Position numbers and translations under genes: made by a program. Shown here one piece after another: positions 8,644 to 17,821 of a DNA stretch of 64,000 nucleotides; the first letter of the stretch is position 1; the number at the start of each line of letters is the position of its first letter. Where the stretch lies: assembly GCA_965248055.1 (NCBI GenBank), contig CBDFIJ010000004.1, forward strand, positions 192,001 through 256,000, read 5' to 3'. Source of the stretch: Candidatus Multivoradales bacterium. GTDB lineage: Bacteria > Acidobacteriota > Thermoanaerobaculia > Multivoradales > JAHEKO01. The notes beneath the pieces are model-generated. The model worked only from the letters and a program-made list of their open reading frames with translations, made no database searches and was not told where the DNA came from.

Positions 8644-10842
8644 CTACGGGCAGATCAATACGGGGTCTAGGATCACTTCAAGCTGGTTTGAAACCATAGT
8701 TTCGTTGCTGAAGCTCACCCGTTCACCGGCGCGGAGTGTGGTCGGGTATCCCTGCAGGTGCGCGTCGACCACGGTCAACGCGCTATACGCTTCCCTGGTC
8801 TCGGTATAGACGTTGCCAAACACGATTTGTTTCGGGCGGTCTGGGCAAGCTGCGGTTGCTTTCGACAACGCAAAATCAACCCCAAGTCGCACCTCTCCCA
8901 ATCCCACCGTAATCGGTGTCCCCAACGCAACAGCACAATTCGACGAATCACAAGGAATGTCGTCGTATGCCTCATCGAAATAGCTGCCATTGTTCCAGGT
9001 GAAAGCGAAATACGTCCCCGGTTCGATTCCGTCATTGATGAAGTACTGCCCCAACAGGTCGCAGTATCCGTACGTCAGATACGAGCCTGATTCATCGTAG
9101 AGGTAGACATAGACCGTACTCAACGGTTGGCCGGACGATTCGGCAGTCACTGTTCCGGTCACCGCCGCACTTCGAGGCAGCACAAAGTCTATTCCCGAAG
9201 TTTCGCTGCCATCGGTAACACTGATCGAAATCCCGGGAAGCGGGTTGCAGTCATCTCCACAATACAGTCCGGAATACACCTCACCCAAATACCCATCCGC
9301 TGGCTCAGCCACGGCAAGATAAGCACCTGCAAGAAGTGGAGAACCATTGCCGTAGTTTCCAGCACTGGATGGGTACATGGTCATAACATAGTCTCCGGTC
9401 AACTCATGTAACTCGACTTGAGAGGAAAGAGGTAAACCGGAATCCGCTGCGGCGACATGACCCGTGATCGCACCGGACTCCAGCAACGTAAAGTTCACAC
9501 CGCCACTCACGTTGTTCTCGGAAACCGAGATGGAGGTTCCTAAAGTCTCATCGCAGTACATTGGACAGTACAACTCGTCGTAGAGTTCGCCAAAAAATCT
9601 GCCCTGCCCTTCCGCCGTCGCGGTGTAACTGCCAGTCGGCAGCGCGCGCTCCGTCTGGTATCTGCCATCCGCAAGGCTATAGGTAGATTCAACCCAATAA
9701 CCACTCCCGTCAAAGATCTCAATACGAGCGTTTGCCAAGGGTGCTCCTCCCATTTGCGCTGTTACCGATCCAGTAACTACTCCGCCACGGTCGAGCACGA
9801 AATCAATTCCTGTAGCTGTAGCCCCATCCGTGACCACAACAGCGGTACCACTGGTTGGATCGCAACTGTAATCATGACATTCGATGTCGTCATACAATTC
9901 CGCCAGATAAGGGGGATCAGTATCCGCTTTGACGGTATAACTCCCCGGACTAAGACCAGTTACCGAGTATCCACCCGTGGCATCGGTGTAGGCGTAATCC
10001 ACTTGATCGCCCGCTAGCCATATTTCAACCTGCTCGTCTTTGATCGGGGTCCCGGTCCCGAATTCGGTGAGAACTCCTTCAATTGCCCCGGCAAGACCGT
10101 TGGTAAGAACCACCGAGCCAGAACCATATCCACCGATTCGAACCAGAATCGTTTCACCAGACGCCATCGTGCGAACGATCCGGGATGTACCCCCAGGTCC
10201 GTCATCATCATCGCAGTCGAGCTGGTTGTCCATGGTTCCCGGGCAACTCGGATGAAGCGATAGCACAGTGTCGAAATTTGACCCTGCGGTGGAAAAAGCA
10301 ACGTCGCCAGCCGCAGGTGCAGTGTAGGAAAACCAGATATCAGGGTTGTTGGAGCCACCACAGTAGGAACTCCCATCGTTAGTGGCTTCGGTGGTGTCCC
10401 CGTTGAAAATACCGTTGCCAATTACTGTTGCGCTGGCGCAGTCGTCGTTGGCTGGGACTGCATTGACGCTGATCCCCTGACGCCTCGGCTCAACCACCTG
10501 CCCACTCTTGCCGGTAAGTCTCCGCCCTATCTCGCGTGCCTGCTCCAGAAGCCGGGTCCATTCGGCCAAGCTCAACTCTGGGTCGCGAGTCGCTAGCTCA
10601 AGCCGAGCATGCTCACGCCGGACTTGGCCCCAGGCCCTCCGATAGGCATCCAAATCTCCCTCAGGGTTTTCAACAATGTAGGTATTTCGGTACTCCACCA
10701 ACGTGCGCTGCAAATCCGCGAGTTCTATCGCCACCAGACGTTGGATCTTATCTACATCAGCATTCGGCGATATGGGTTCGGCACCCGAGGCACCCGATCC
10801 CAAGATGGTCAGTGCCAACATCCAAGTAAGAACTGAACGCAT
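8644..10842 (-). CDS. Secreted Cys-rich protein: NDDCASA/PPC-like domain plus four carboxypeptidase-regulatory-like beta-sandwich repeats
   Basis: Signal peptide MRSVLTWMLALTILGSGASG, RBS GGAGGGG, PANDDCASA...DIWFSY...FDTVL...CDDD domain, four ~100-aa repeats G.(I/V)TG.V...G.Y...E.YD...C...C...G..I.V...G(I/V)(D/N)F.L. Confidence 0.8.
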   Translation of the reverse strand: MRSVLTWMLALTILGSGASGAEPISPNADVDKIQRLVAIELADLQRTLVEYRNTYIVENPEGDLDAYRRAWGQVRREHARLELATRDPELSLAEWTRLLEQAREIGRRLTGKSGQVVEPRRQGISVNAVPANDDCASATVIGNGIFNGDTTEATNDGSSYCGGSNNPDIWFSYTAPAAGDVAFSTAGSNFDTVLSLHPSCPGTMDNQLDCDDDDGPGGTSRIVRTMASGETILVRIGGYGSGSVVLTNGLAGAIEGVLTEFGTGTPIKDEQVEIWLAGDQVDYAYTDATGGYSVTGLSPGSYTVKADTDPPYLAELYDDIECHDYSCDPTSGTAVVVTDGATATGIDFVLDRGGVVTGSVTAQMGGAPLANARIEIFDGSGYWVESTYSLADGRYQTERALPTGSYTATAEGQGRFFGELYDELYCPMYCDETLGTSISVSENNVSGGVNFTLLESGAITGHVAAADSGLPLSSQVELHELTGDYVMTMYPSSAGNYGNGSPLLAGAYLAVAEPADGYLGEVYSGLYCGDDCNPLPGISISVTDGSETSGIDFVLPRSAAVTGTVTAESSGQPLSTVYVYLYDESGSYLTYGYCDLLGQYFINDGIEPGTYFAFTWNNGSYFDEAYDDIPCDSSNCAVALGTPITVGLGEVRLGVDFALSKATAACPDRPKQIVFGNVYTETREAYSALTVVDAHLQGYPTTLRAGERVSFSNETMVSNQLEVILDPVLICP

Positions 10843-10953
10843 GTCCCCTCCCGCAATCAACCACTCGCTTTGCAGCGACTCAACGTAACTGACCTACTGT
10901 AGCACTGATCGATATCTGCTCGCGATACCGAGAGACCGAGAGACCGAGTGAAG

Positions 10954-12375
10954 CTAAAAGTGAATCGCTTCACCCAAGGCTGCGTGCGCAGCTTCCGCCA
11001 TGCCTTCACCCAATGTCGGGTGGGCATGGATGGTGCGGATGATTTCTTCGGTAGTGGCTTCGGTGCGTAGGATGATTCCGGCCTCGGCGATCAGGTCTGT
11101 GGCGTGGGGGCCGATGATCTGCACCCCAAGGACTTGGTCGTACTGGGTTTCGCGGACAATCTTGAGAAAGCCCGCAGTCTTGCTCAGGATGCCAGCCTTG
11201 GCCAACGCGGAAAACGGAAACTTGCCAACTTCGACCGAGTAGCCACGCTCCCGAGCGGTCGCTTCGGTCAGCCCCACTGACGCGACCTCAGGATCACAGT
11301 AGGTGCAGGAAGGCACCTGGTCGTAGTTGATCGGCTGCACTTGGTGGCCGGCCATGTGCTCAACGGCCAAGATCCCCTCGGCGGAAGCCACGTGGGCCAA
11401 CTGGGGAGTGGCGACGATGTCGCCGATGGCGTAAACCCTAGGCGCTGATGTGCGCATCAGTTTATCCACCGGGATAAAGCCCCGATCAAGGCTGATCCCC
11501 AGCCCCTCCAGCCCCAGGTTCGCGGTAACCGGTGCCCGCCCCACGGCCACCAGCAGTTTCTCCACTTCTACCGATTCGCTCCGCTCGGTGCCAGCAACGC
11601 TCAAGTTGAGGCCGTTGAGGGTATGTTCAATCGACTGCAACTTTGACCCCAGCATGGAACGAATGCGCCGACGTCGAAAGGTCTTCTGTAATTCCTTGGC
11701 AAGCTCCGGATCCTCGATCGGCAGCAATCGATCTTCCATCTCAACGAGGGTGACCGAACTACCAAACGAACAGTAGATCGAAGCGAATTCCACTCCCACC
11801 GCACCCGCCCCCAGAACCGCCAACGAACTGGGTACCTGATCCAGATTGAGAATGTGATCCGAGTTCAGAACTCGCTCTCCGTCGGTAGGGGCAAAGGGAA
11901 CCTCACGCGGTACCGAGCCCGTCGCTAACAAAATGTGCTTGGCTCGATAGTGAGAGACGCCATCCGGCCCTTCGACCTCGACTTCGTTCGCAGCCACTAG
12001 ACGGCCGCGACCGCGAATGCCGATTACCCGGTTCTTGCGAAACAGAAACTCAATGCCCTTGGCGTTCTTATCCACCACACCATTCTTGTAGGCCTGCGCT
12101 TTCGGAAAGTTGAGCTCGGCGGCTGCGACTTCTACTCCAAACTTGGAGGCATGGCGTGTTTGCTCCAGCACCTCCGCGGTGTGCAGCAGAGCCTTGGTCG
12201 GAATGCATCCGCGATGGAGACAAGTGCCACCGAATTTCGGGTCTTTTTCCACCACCGCCACTCGCATCCCCAGTTGGGCTGCGCGAATCGCCGCGACATA
12301 ACCGCCCGGACCGCTGCCGATAACAATCAGGTCTTTATGATTTTCGCTGTCGTGAACTGGATCGGTCACCATCAC
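10954..12375 (-). CDS. lpdA: Dihydrolipoyl dehydrogenase
   Basis: GSGPGGY FAD motif, redox-active GGTCLHRGCIP, C-terminal HAHPTLGE. Confidence 0.95.
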   Translation of the reverse strand: MMVTDPVHDSENHKDLIVIGSGPGGYVAAIRAAQLGMRVAVVEKDPKFGGTCLHRGCIPTKALLHTAEVLEQTRHASKFGVEVAAAELNFPKAQAYKNGVVDKNAKGIEFLFRKNRVIGIRGRGRLVAANEVEVEGPDGVSHYRAKHILLATGSVPREVPFAPTDGERVLNSDHILNLDQVPSSLAVLGAGAVGVEFASIYCSFGSSVTLVEMEDRLLPIEDPELAKELQKTFRRRRIRSMLGSKLQSIEHTLNGLNLSVAGTERSESVEVEKLLVAVGRAPVTANLGLEGLGISLDRGFIPVDKLMRTSAPRVYAIGDIVATPQLAHVASAEGILAVEHMAGHQVQPINYDQVPSCTYCDPEVASVGLTEATARERGYSVEVGKFPFSALAKAGILSKTAGFLKIVRETQYDQVLGVQIIGPHATDLIAEAGIILRTEATTEEIIRTIHAHPTLGEGMAEAAHAALGEAIHF

Positions 12376-13262
12376 TCCTCCACTGCAACCGGCCGGTATC
12401 GACCCGAGGCCGTTTCCTCAATTCGAGCCCAAGGTTGGTATGCGTCGTGTTGAAAAAACCCTAACCAGCCTTCTTCTGCTGCCCTCGGAATCCACATCTT
12501 CTTGCTCTCTAGGGTGGTCATCGGATAGAGGTCGTAGCCCATGATCCAAGGATAGGGAATATGGGCGCGGGTGGGGATCAAGTCAGCCCAAAAGATCCCC
12601 TTTCCATCATCTCCCTGGTCCTGGCTGCCCCCATTCAGAGTGACCACACACATGTCCGCATTGTGTCCCGGCGCCTCAACCACTTCCACCCCCGTCGCGG
12701 GTTGCGCTCGGTCGTCAAAAAGCTCCACTACCCCGGCCTCAAACAGCGGCTCCCAATTGACCGGCAGATAGCTAGCACCATCTCTTTCACTCGGGTTACG
12801 CGCATGCTCAACCTCCCCGCGGGATAACCAATAGCGCGCCCGGGGGAAAGTGGGGACCATCCGGCCATTCTCCTCCACCGCATTCCAACCGCAGTGATCG
12901 AAATGCAGATGAGAAAGCACCACGTGCGTGATGTCGCCCAACTGATACCCCGCCGCGGCGATGGAGTCGAGCAAGGTAGGCCCCTCGGGGTCGACAGTGT
13001 GAATCTCTAGGAACTTGTCACTGTGTTTGCGACCGATTCCAGTGTCTACCAAAACCAGATCGCTTCCGGACTCGATCAACAACGAGTTGGTGTCCATCAA
13101 GATCCGATTCTTGTCATCCGCCGGCTGTTGTTTTTGCCACAACACCTTGGGTACAACGCCAAACATCGCTCCTCCATCCAGGCGGAACTGGCCGTCGGTA
13201 ACCCGGGTCAGGGTCAACGACCCCAACCGTCGAACGGAATCGTGGTTTGGGGTGGCAGACAT
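12372..13262 (-). CDS. MBL-fold metallo-hydrolase (YtnP-like)
   Basis: LDGGAMFGVVPK, SHLHFDHCG, PGH, ADL, W.MGYDLYP. Confidence 0.9.
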   Translation of the reverse strand: MSATPNHDSVRRLGSLTLTRVTDGQFRLDGGAMFGVVPKVLWQKQQPADDKNRILMDTNSLLIESGSDLVLVDTGIGRKHSDKFLEIHTVDPEGPTLLDSIAAAGYQLGDITHVVLSHLHFDHCGWNAVEENGRMVPTFPRARYWLSRGEVEHARNPSERDGASYLPVNWEPLFEAGVVELFDDRAQPATGVEVVEAPGHNADMCVVTLNGGSQDQGDDGKGIFWADLIPTRAHIPYPWIMGYDLYPMTTLESKKMWIPRAAEEGWLGFFQHDAYQPWARIEETASGRYRPVAVEE

Positions 13263-13412
13263 GTAAGGAAGTCTAGCTCGAAGTGGCCGGATTATGCCGC
13301 CGATAAGTTGGCACCAGAATGATTTGCGTGGAGTGCAATTGTCACCCCGTCAACAGATTGGCGACCACTCGTAGCCAACCGTCAGCCTCCGCCTCTCATA
13401 CAATAAGCATCC

Positions 13413-14564
13413 ATGAACCAAGAATCCGACAACGGCCTAGCGATCGTCCTCACCGGCGGTGGAGCCCGGGCGGCTTACCAGGTGGGCTTTTTACGCTGCT
13501 TGGCCAAGATCGTTCCGGAAGCCCGTTTTTCGATCATCACCGGGGTTTCTGCAGGAGCGATCAATGCCGTTTACTTGGCCAACCACCCCGGTTCCATTGC
13601 GCAGGCCGCAGAAGGACTGACCCAACTGTGGTGGGATCTGGAGATCCCCGACGTGTTTTGTGCGTCCCCAGGATACATTGCTAAGAACGGCGTGCGATGG
13701 CTGACCAATCTGTTGTCCGGGGGCTCGAATTTGGCCTCGCAGCCACGAGGATTCGTTGACACGCAGCCATTGCGAAAGCTCCTGAGTCGGGCTCTGGATT
13801 CCGACGGTGACGGAAAGGTCTCCGGAATCCGCCACAACATCGACAGTGGACGACTCAAGGCCCTGGCGTTGACCACCCTCAATTACTCCACCGGGCAAAC
13901 CGTCACTTGGATCGAAGGATCTGACCTCCAAGATTGGGAACGCCCTTATCGCCGCAGTCGGCAGACCGAAATCGGTATCGAACACCTAATGGCCTCGGCC
14001 GCTATCCCGTTGTTTTTCCCTGCTGTACGTATCGGCAACTCCTGGTTCGGCGATGGCGGGGTGCGCTTGACTGCACCGCTGTCTCCTGCACTACACCTGG
14101 GTGCCAAGCGAATCTTGGCGATCTCGACCCGTTATCCGCGCACCATCGAAGAGGCTGACCAACCGGTAGTGGATGGCTACCCACCCCCAGCGCAAGTTCT
14201 GGGCAATCTGGCGAACTCGGTGTTTCTTGATCTTCTCGACCAAGACGTCGAACGAGCGCGCAAGGTCAATCAGCTGTTGGTCAAACTGCCGCCCGAGGAA
14301 CGGGATGGTATGGAGATGCTCGACATCCGCGTACTCAGGCCGTCTGAAGACCTGGGCAAGCTGGCCGCGGAATACGAGCCGAAGTTACCCACAACCTTTC
14401 GTTTCATGACTCGCGGCTGGGGAACCCGCAAAACCTCAAGTCCCGATTCCATTTCGTTGGTGATGTTTCAACCGGATTACATACGACGGTTGATCGGCCT
14501 GGGCGAGAAAGATGCCGAGGCCCAGCGCGACAAACTTGCGGCGTTTTTTCGCTGGGTTTCGTAG
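13413..14564 (+). CDS. Patatin-like phospholipase
   Basis: LTGGGARAAYQ, GVSAGA (GxSxG), DGG motif. Confidence 0.92.
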   Translation: MNQESDNGLAIVLTGGGARAAYQVGFLRCLAKIVPEARFSIITGVSAGAINAVYLANHPGSIAQAAEGLTQLWWDLEIPDVFCASPGYIAKNGVRWLTNLLSGGSNLASQPRGFVDTQPLRKLLSRALDSDGDGKVSGIRHNIDSGRLKALALTTLNYSTGQTVTWIEGSDLQDWERPYRRSRQTEIGIEHLMASAAIPLFFPAVRIGNSWFGDGGVRLTAPLSPALHLGAKRILAISTRYPRTIEEADQPVVDGYPPPAQVLGNLANSVFLDLLDQDVERARKVNQLLVKLPPEERDGMEMLDIRVLRPSEDLGKLAAEYEPKLPTTFRFMTRGWGTRKTSSPDSISLVMFQPDYIRRLIGLGEKDAEAQRDKLAAFFRWVS

Positions 14565-14587
14565 CCGTCAGGCGGTATGTCCACCAT

Positions 14588-14749
14588 CGTCATCTCCGTA
14601 GAGCCTGCCCCAGCGTGAGGGGGAAGGGGGGCTGAGGGAGAGGTTTCTTGGGGGGGTCGGAGATCTTCATCAACGCCAGAGACGGGCGGTACGGGATTGC
14701 GACTTCCAATAGATCCCGGCCCCCCACCCTCACACCCGCCGGGATGACG
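14588..14749. repeat. REP/RPE-like double-hairpin intergenic element
   Basis: CGTCATCTCCG...CGGAGATCT and AGATCCCGGC...GCCGGGATGACG. The outer ends CGTCATC/GATGACG are inverted. Confidence 0.6.
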
Positions 14750-14752
14750 TGC

Positions 14753-14776
14753 GCGGAGGGGACAGGCCCCTCCCGC
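14753..14776. terminator. GC-rich hairpin just downstream of fbaB
   Basis: GCGGAGGGGacaggCCCCTCCCGC between convergent genes. Confidence 0.4.
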
Positions 14777-14797
14777 TGCTTGTAAAGAACTCGATCT

Positions 14798-15856
14798 TCA
14801 AGCGATCGAGATGTCTGGATTCAAATAGACATCCTGGATCGCATTGAGCAACTCAACGCCTTCCGCCATCGGCCGTTGAAAGGCTTTGCGTCCAGAGATC
14901 AAGCCCATGCCACCGGCGCGTTTGTTGATCACCGCGGTGCGCACCGCCTGGGCCAAATCACTCTCGCCGCCCGAGGACCCGCCAGAGTTGATCAAGCCGA
15001 TGCGACCCATGTAGCAATTGGCCACCTGCCAACGAACTAGGTCGATTGGATGATCGGTGGTCAGTTGGTCATAGACCAGCTGATGGGTTTTGCCAAAACC
15101 CAATGCCGGATAGCCCCCGTTCTTGGTTGCCTGTTTTTGCTTGATGATGTCGGCCTCTATCGTGACGCCAAGATGATTGGCCTGACCGGTCAAGTCCGCC
15201 GAATCATGGAAATCGACCCCATCTTGGTTGAATTCGCTGTTGCGCAAATAGCACCAAAGGATGGTTGCCATGCCCAACTCGTGCGCCCGATAGAAGCACT
15301 CGGCAATCTCGACCAACATCTCATTGGTATTGGCGGCGCCAAAGTAAACCGTGGCACCAACCGCCGACGCTCCCAGATCCCAAGCCTGATCGACCTGTGA
15401 ATAGAGGGCCTGGTGGTAGTCGCCGCCAGGGGTGAGCAGTTGGTTGTGATTGATTTTGACGATGAAAGGAATCTTGTGTGCGTACTTGCGTGACATCGAC
15501 CCGAGGACACCCAAGGTCGAAGCGACACCGTTACAGCCTCCCTCGGCGGCAAGCCGGACAATGTTCTCGGGGTCGAAATACACCGGGTTGGGGGCAAAGG
15601 ACGCCGCGGCTGAATGCTCGATCCCTTGGTCTACCGGCAGGATCGAAATGTATCCAGTGCCTGCTAGGCGACCAGAACTCAACAATCGGTTGAGACTCAC
15701 CAAGGTCTGAGGATTGCGATCCGAAACGCCGAACACCCGATCGATGTGATCCGGTCCGGGCAAATGAAGATCCTCTTTGGCAATCGCCGGAGCGTCGTAG
15801 CCGAGCAGAGACTCAGCCTCGCCAGCCAGTAGTTCGGTAACACGATCAATGTTCAT
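14798..15856 (-). CDS. fbaB: Class I fructose-bisphosphate aldolase (DhnA type)
   Basis: [46 protein letters not shown]. Confidence 0.95.
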   Translation of the reverse strand: MNIDRVTELLAGEAESLLGYDAPAIAKEDLHLPGPDHIDRVFGVSDRNPQTLVSLNRLLSSGRLAGTGYISILPVDQGIEHSAAASFAPNPVYFDPENIVRLAAEGGCNGVASTLGVLGSMSRKYAHKIPFIVKINHNQLLTPGGDYHQALYSQVDQAWDLGASAVGATVYFGAANTNEMLVEIAECFYRAHELGMATILWCYLRNSEFNQDGVDFHDSADLTGQANHLGVTIEADIIKQKQATKNGGYPALGFGKTHQLVYDQLTTDHPIDLVRWQVANCYMGRIGLINSGGSSGGESDLAQAVRTAVINKRAGGMGLISGRKAFQRPMAEGVELLNAIQDVYLNPDISIA

Positions 15857-15920
15857 AAGTAGTTCCTAATCCGATCCTTGGTTCACCCGATGAGTATATG
15901 AAACCGACAGCCAACCTCTC

Positions 15921-16544
15921 CTAGTTCGGCGAGGTCTCGATCAACTCGGGAGCCGCAGACAGGCCGAGCCGATCCAGGAGATTCTCGATCACCCGTGCGG
16001 TCATGCCCCAAATTTGGTGACGACCGACATGGTAAATGCGCACCCAGCGTTCTCCTTCGTTGACCATCACCGAGCGCTCCTCAACCCATTGAGGGTTGGC
16101 ACAGGCTGACAGCGGGACCGAAAACACTTCTTCGACCTCACCTTGGTCGGCTTCGACCTTGAGCGGGAACGGAACCACTCCCACAGTGGGCACTACACGG
16201 TATCCGCTGACGCTACGCAGCTCGTCAAGGTCGCCCAAACGCAGCACCGATTTCGCTTCCAATCCGATCTCCTCATGGGCTTCTCGTAGCGCCGCCTGCC
16301 ATAGGTCTTCCCCTGACTCAACGCCGCCACCGGGAAACGCGATCTGGCCACCGTGATGACGCAACTCTTCGCTGCGCCGGACTAGCACCGTCCACAGCTC
16401 GCCAGCGTTAACGTAGAGCGGAACTAAAACCGCAGCTTGACGGTCGTCGTTGGGCGGCAGACGGGTGGCAGGCGGTGCCTCAAGTCGACCCCGCACTTCC
16501 TGAATCCAGGGAACAAACTCATTCATCGCGACCTCATCCTTCAA
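15921..16544 (-). CDS. Nudix hydrolase, CoA pyrophosphatase type
   Basis: AAVLVPL, H.GQIAFPGG...ALREAHEEIG Nudix box, IWGMTA. Confidence 0.9.
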   Translation of the reverse strand: MKDEVAMNEFVPWIQEVRGRLEAPPATRLPPNDDRQAAVLVPLYVNAGELWTVLVRRSEELRHHGGQIAFPGGGVESGEDLWQAALREAHEEIGLEAKSVLRLGDLDELRSVSGYRVVPTVGVVPFPLKVEADQGEVEEVFSVPLSACANPQWVEERSVMVNEGERWVRIYHVGRHQIWGMTARVIENLLDRLGLSAAPELIETSPN

Positions 16545-17821
16545 ATTTTGTCCAGAACCCGAACCCGAATCGGCGCCTGCAGAGCGCGGGGAAAACGGAA
16601 ATGGAGTACGTAGACCTGGACGGGGTCACCACTCCACCCAACCCGGTGTCGGCGACCAGACCCCAGGTCAATCGAGAACCCAACACCCCCGTCGCCGCGA
16701 AATAGACTATCCCCAGCCACCCCTCCACGCACGGCGATGTCGGTTCCCGCTTGGCCCCCGCAATCGAGCCATATTTGCGAAATCGCTACTCGAGAGCTGA
16801 TCACCAGGCTGCCCCATTCACCGCCGGGAACCTTCCAAGCCCCACGGTCGGGCTCCATATCCGGCGACCAAACCTCCATCGGCCCCGCAGTCAATAGCAT
16901 GTTCACCGCCGACCTGGGCAGTGTTTCCACCGGCAACAGACGAGTCACCTGAGTGGGTCGGCGCAAGTCTGGAGCCTCCAGACCTGGCAACCGGCCCCAC
17001 CATTGGGGCAATAAGATCGCCATAGCAACTAGCGACACCAGCACCAAACTCCAACGCGGAGCACTCCTGGCAGGAACGATCAGCAGCGCACCATAGAGAG
17101 GCAGAAACCAACCGTTGCCGGGGAGGCTGGTGTTTGCCAACCAGTCGAACGGCCAAAAACAGCAGAGCACCAAACAACTGACCAAGCTCGCCCAAACAAC
17201 GCTACTGCCTAATCCACGAAACTTGTGCAACGCCAATAGCAATAGCAGTGGCAAGAAATATGGGATTACCCCAAAAGATCGACCCAAGCTGAACTCGAGA
17301 CTGGCCCATAAGGCGGCAGCATCGACTCCCGACTGCACGGTGCCCAAAGCAGCCATCCAACCACCGCCAATCGGCGCCGGCAGCAAGGTGGTCAACAGTG
17401 TCGTGGTCAGCAATCCGACGATCATCGCCACGCCAGCAACTGCACGACGCACCCAGCCTTGCAACAGAAGAATTAGGCCTACGCCGAGCGCCAAATACGC
17501 CGGATGGCCCACTACCACTAGCCCAGCCAACAAGCCGACCAAGATCGGCGTCATCCGTGCTCTGGATTTAGACTCGGGATACCCTTCCGCAAGCGTGTCC
17601 ATGGACCAACCCCGTTCCCGCGAGCCGATCGATGCTGCCAAAGCGGCTGCCGCAAACCGAAGGATCGCTCCATCTCCAGCACCCAAATAGAAGGGCACCG
17701 CGGAGGCCAGAATCGCGACCATCACCAGCCCCAACGCCGGTCGCGTTCGGCACTCCAGGGTGCGCACCGCTTCAAACCCCGCGACCACAAGCAACGCAAC
17801 ATCGAGAAGAAACAGCAGCAT
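16541..17821 (-). CDS. Multi-pass membrane protein of unknown function
   Basis: Many hydrophobic segments plus a soluble C-terminal domain. TGATG coupling to the upstream GT4 (alternative GTG start at 17839). Confidence 0.65.
   Translation of the reverse strand: MLLFLLDVALLVVAGFEAVRTLECRTRPALGLVMVAILASAVPFYLGAGDGAILRFAAAALAASIGSRERGWSMDTLAEGYPESKSRARMTPILVGLLAGLVVVGHPAYLALGVGLILLLQGWVRRAVAGVAMIVGLLTTTLLTTLLPAPIGGGWMAALGTVQSGVDAAALWASLEFSLGRSFGVIPYFLPLLLLLALHKFRGLGSSVVWASLVSCLVLCCFWPFDWLANTSLPGNGWFLPLYGALLIVPARSAPRWSLVLVSLVAMAILLPQWWGRLPGLEAPDLRRPTQVTRLLPVETLPRSAVNMLLTAGPMEVWSPDMEPDRGAWKVPGGEWGSLVISSRVAISQIWLDCGGQAGTDIAVRGGVAGDSLFRGDGGVGFSIDLGSGRRHRVGWSGDPVQVYVLHFRFPRALQAPIRVRVLDKI

Noticed and set aside
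10927-10948. Short tandem repeat (ACCGAGAG) x ~2.75
   Set aside because: Too short and intergenic; likely slippage with no supportable function.
13413-14564. Patatin as a CBASS or other defence effector
   Set aside because: No CD-NTase or other defence genes adjacent; it sits in a housekeeping context.
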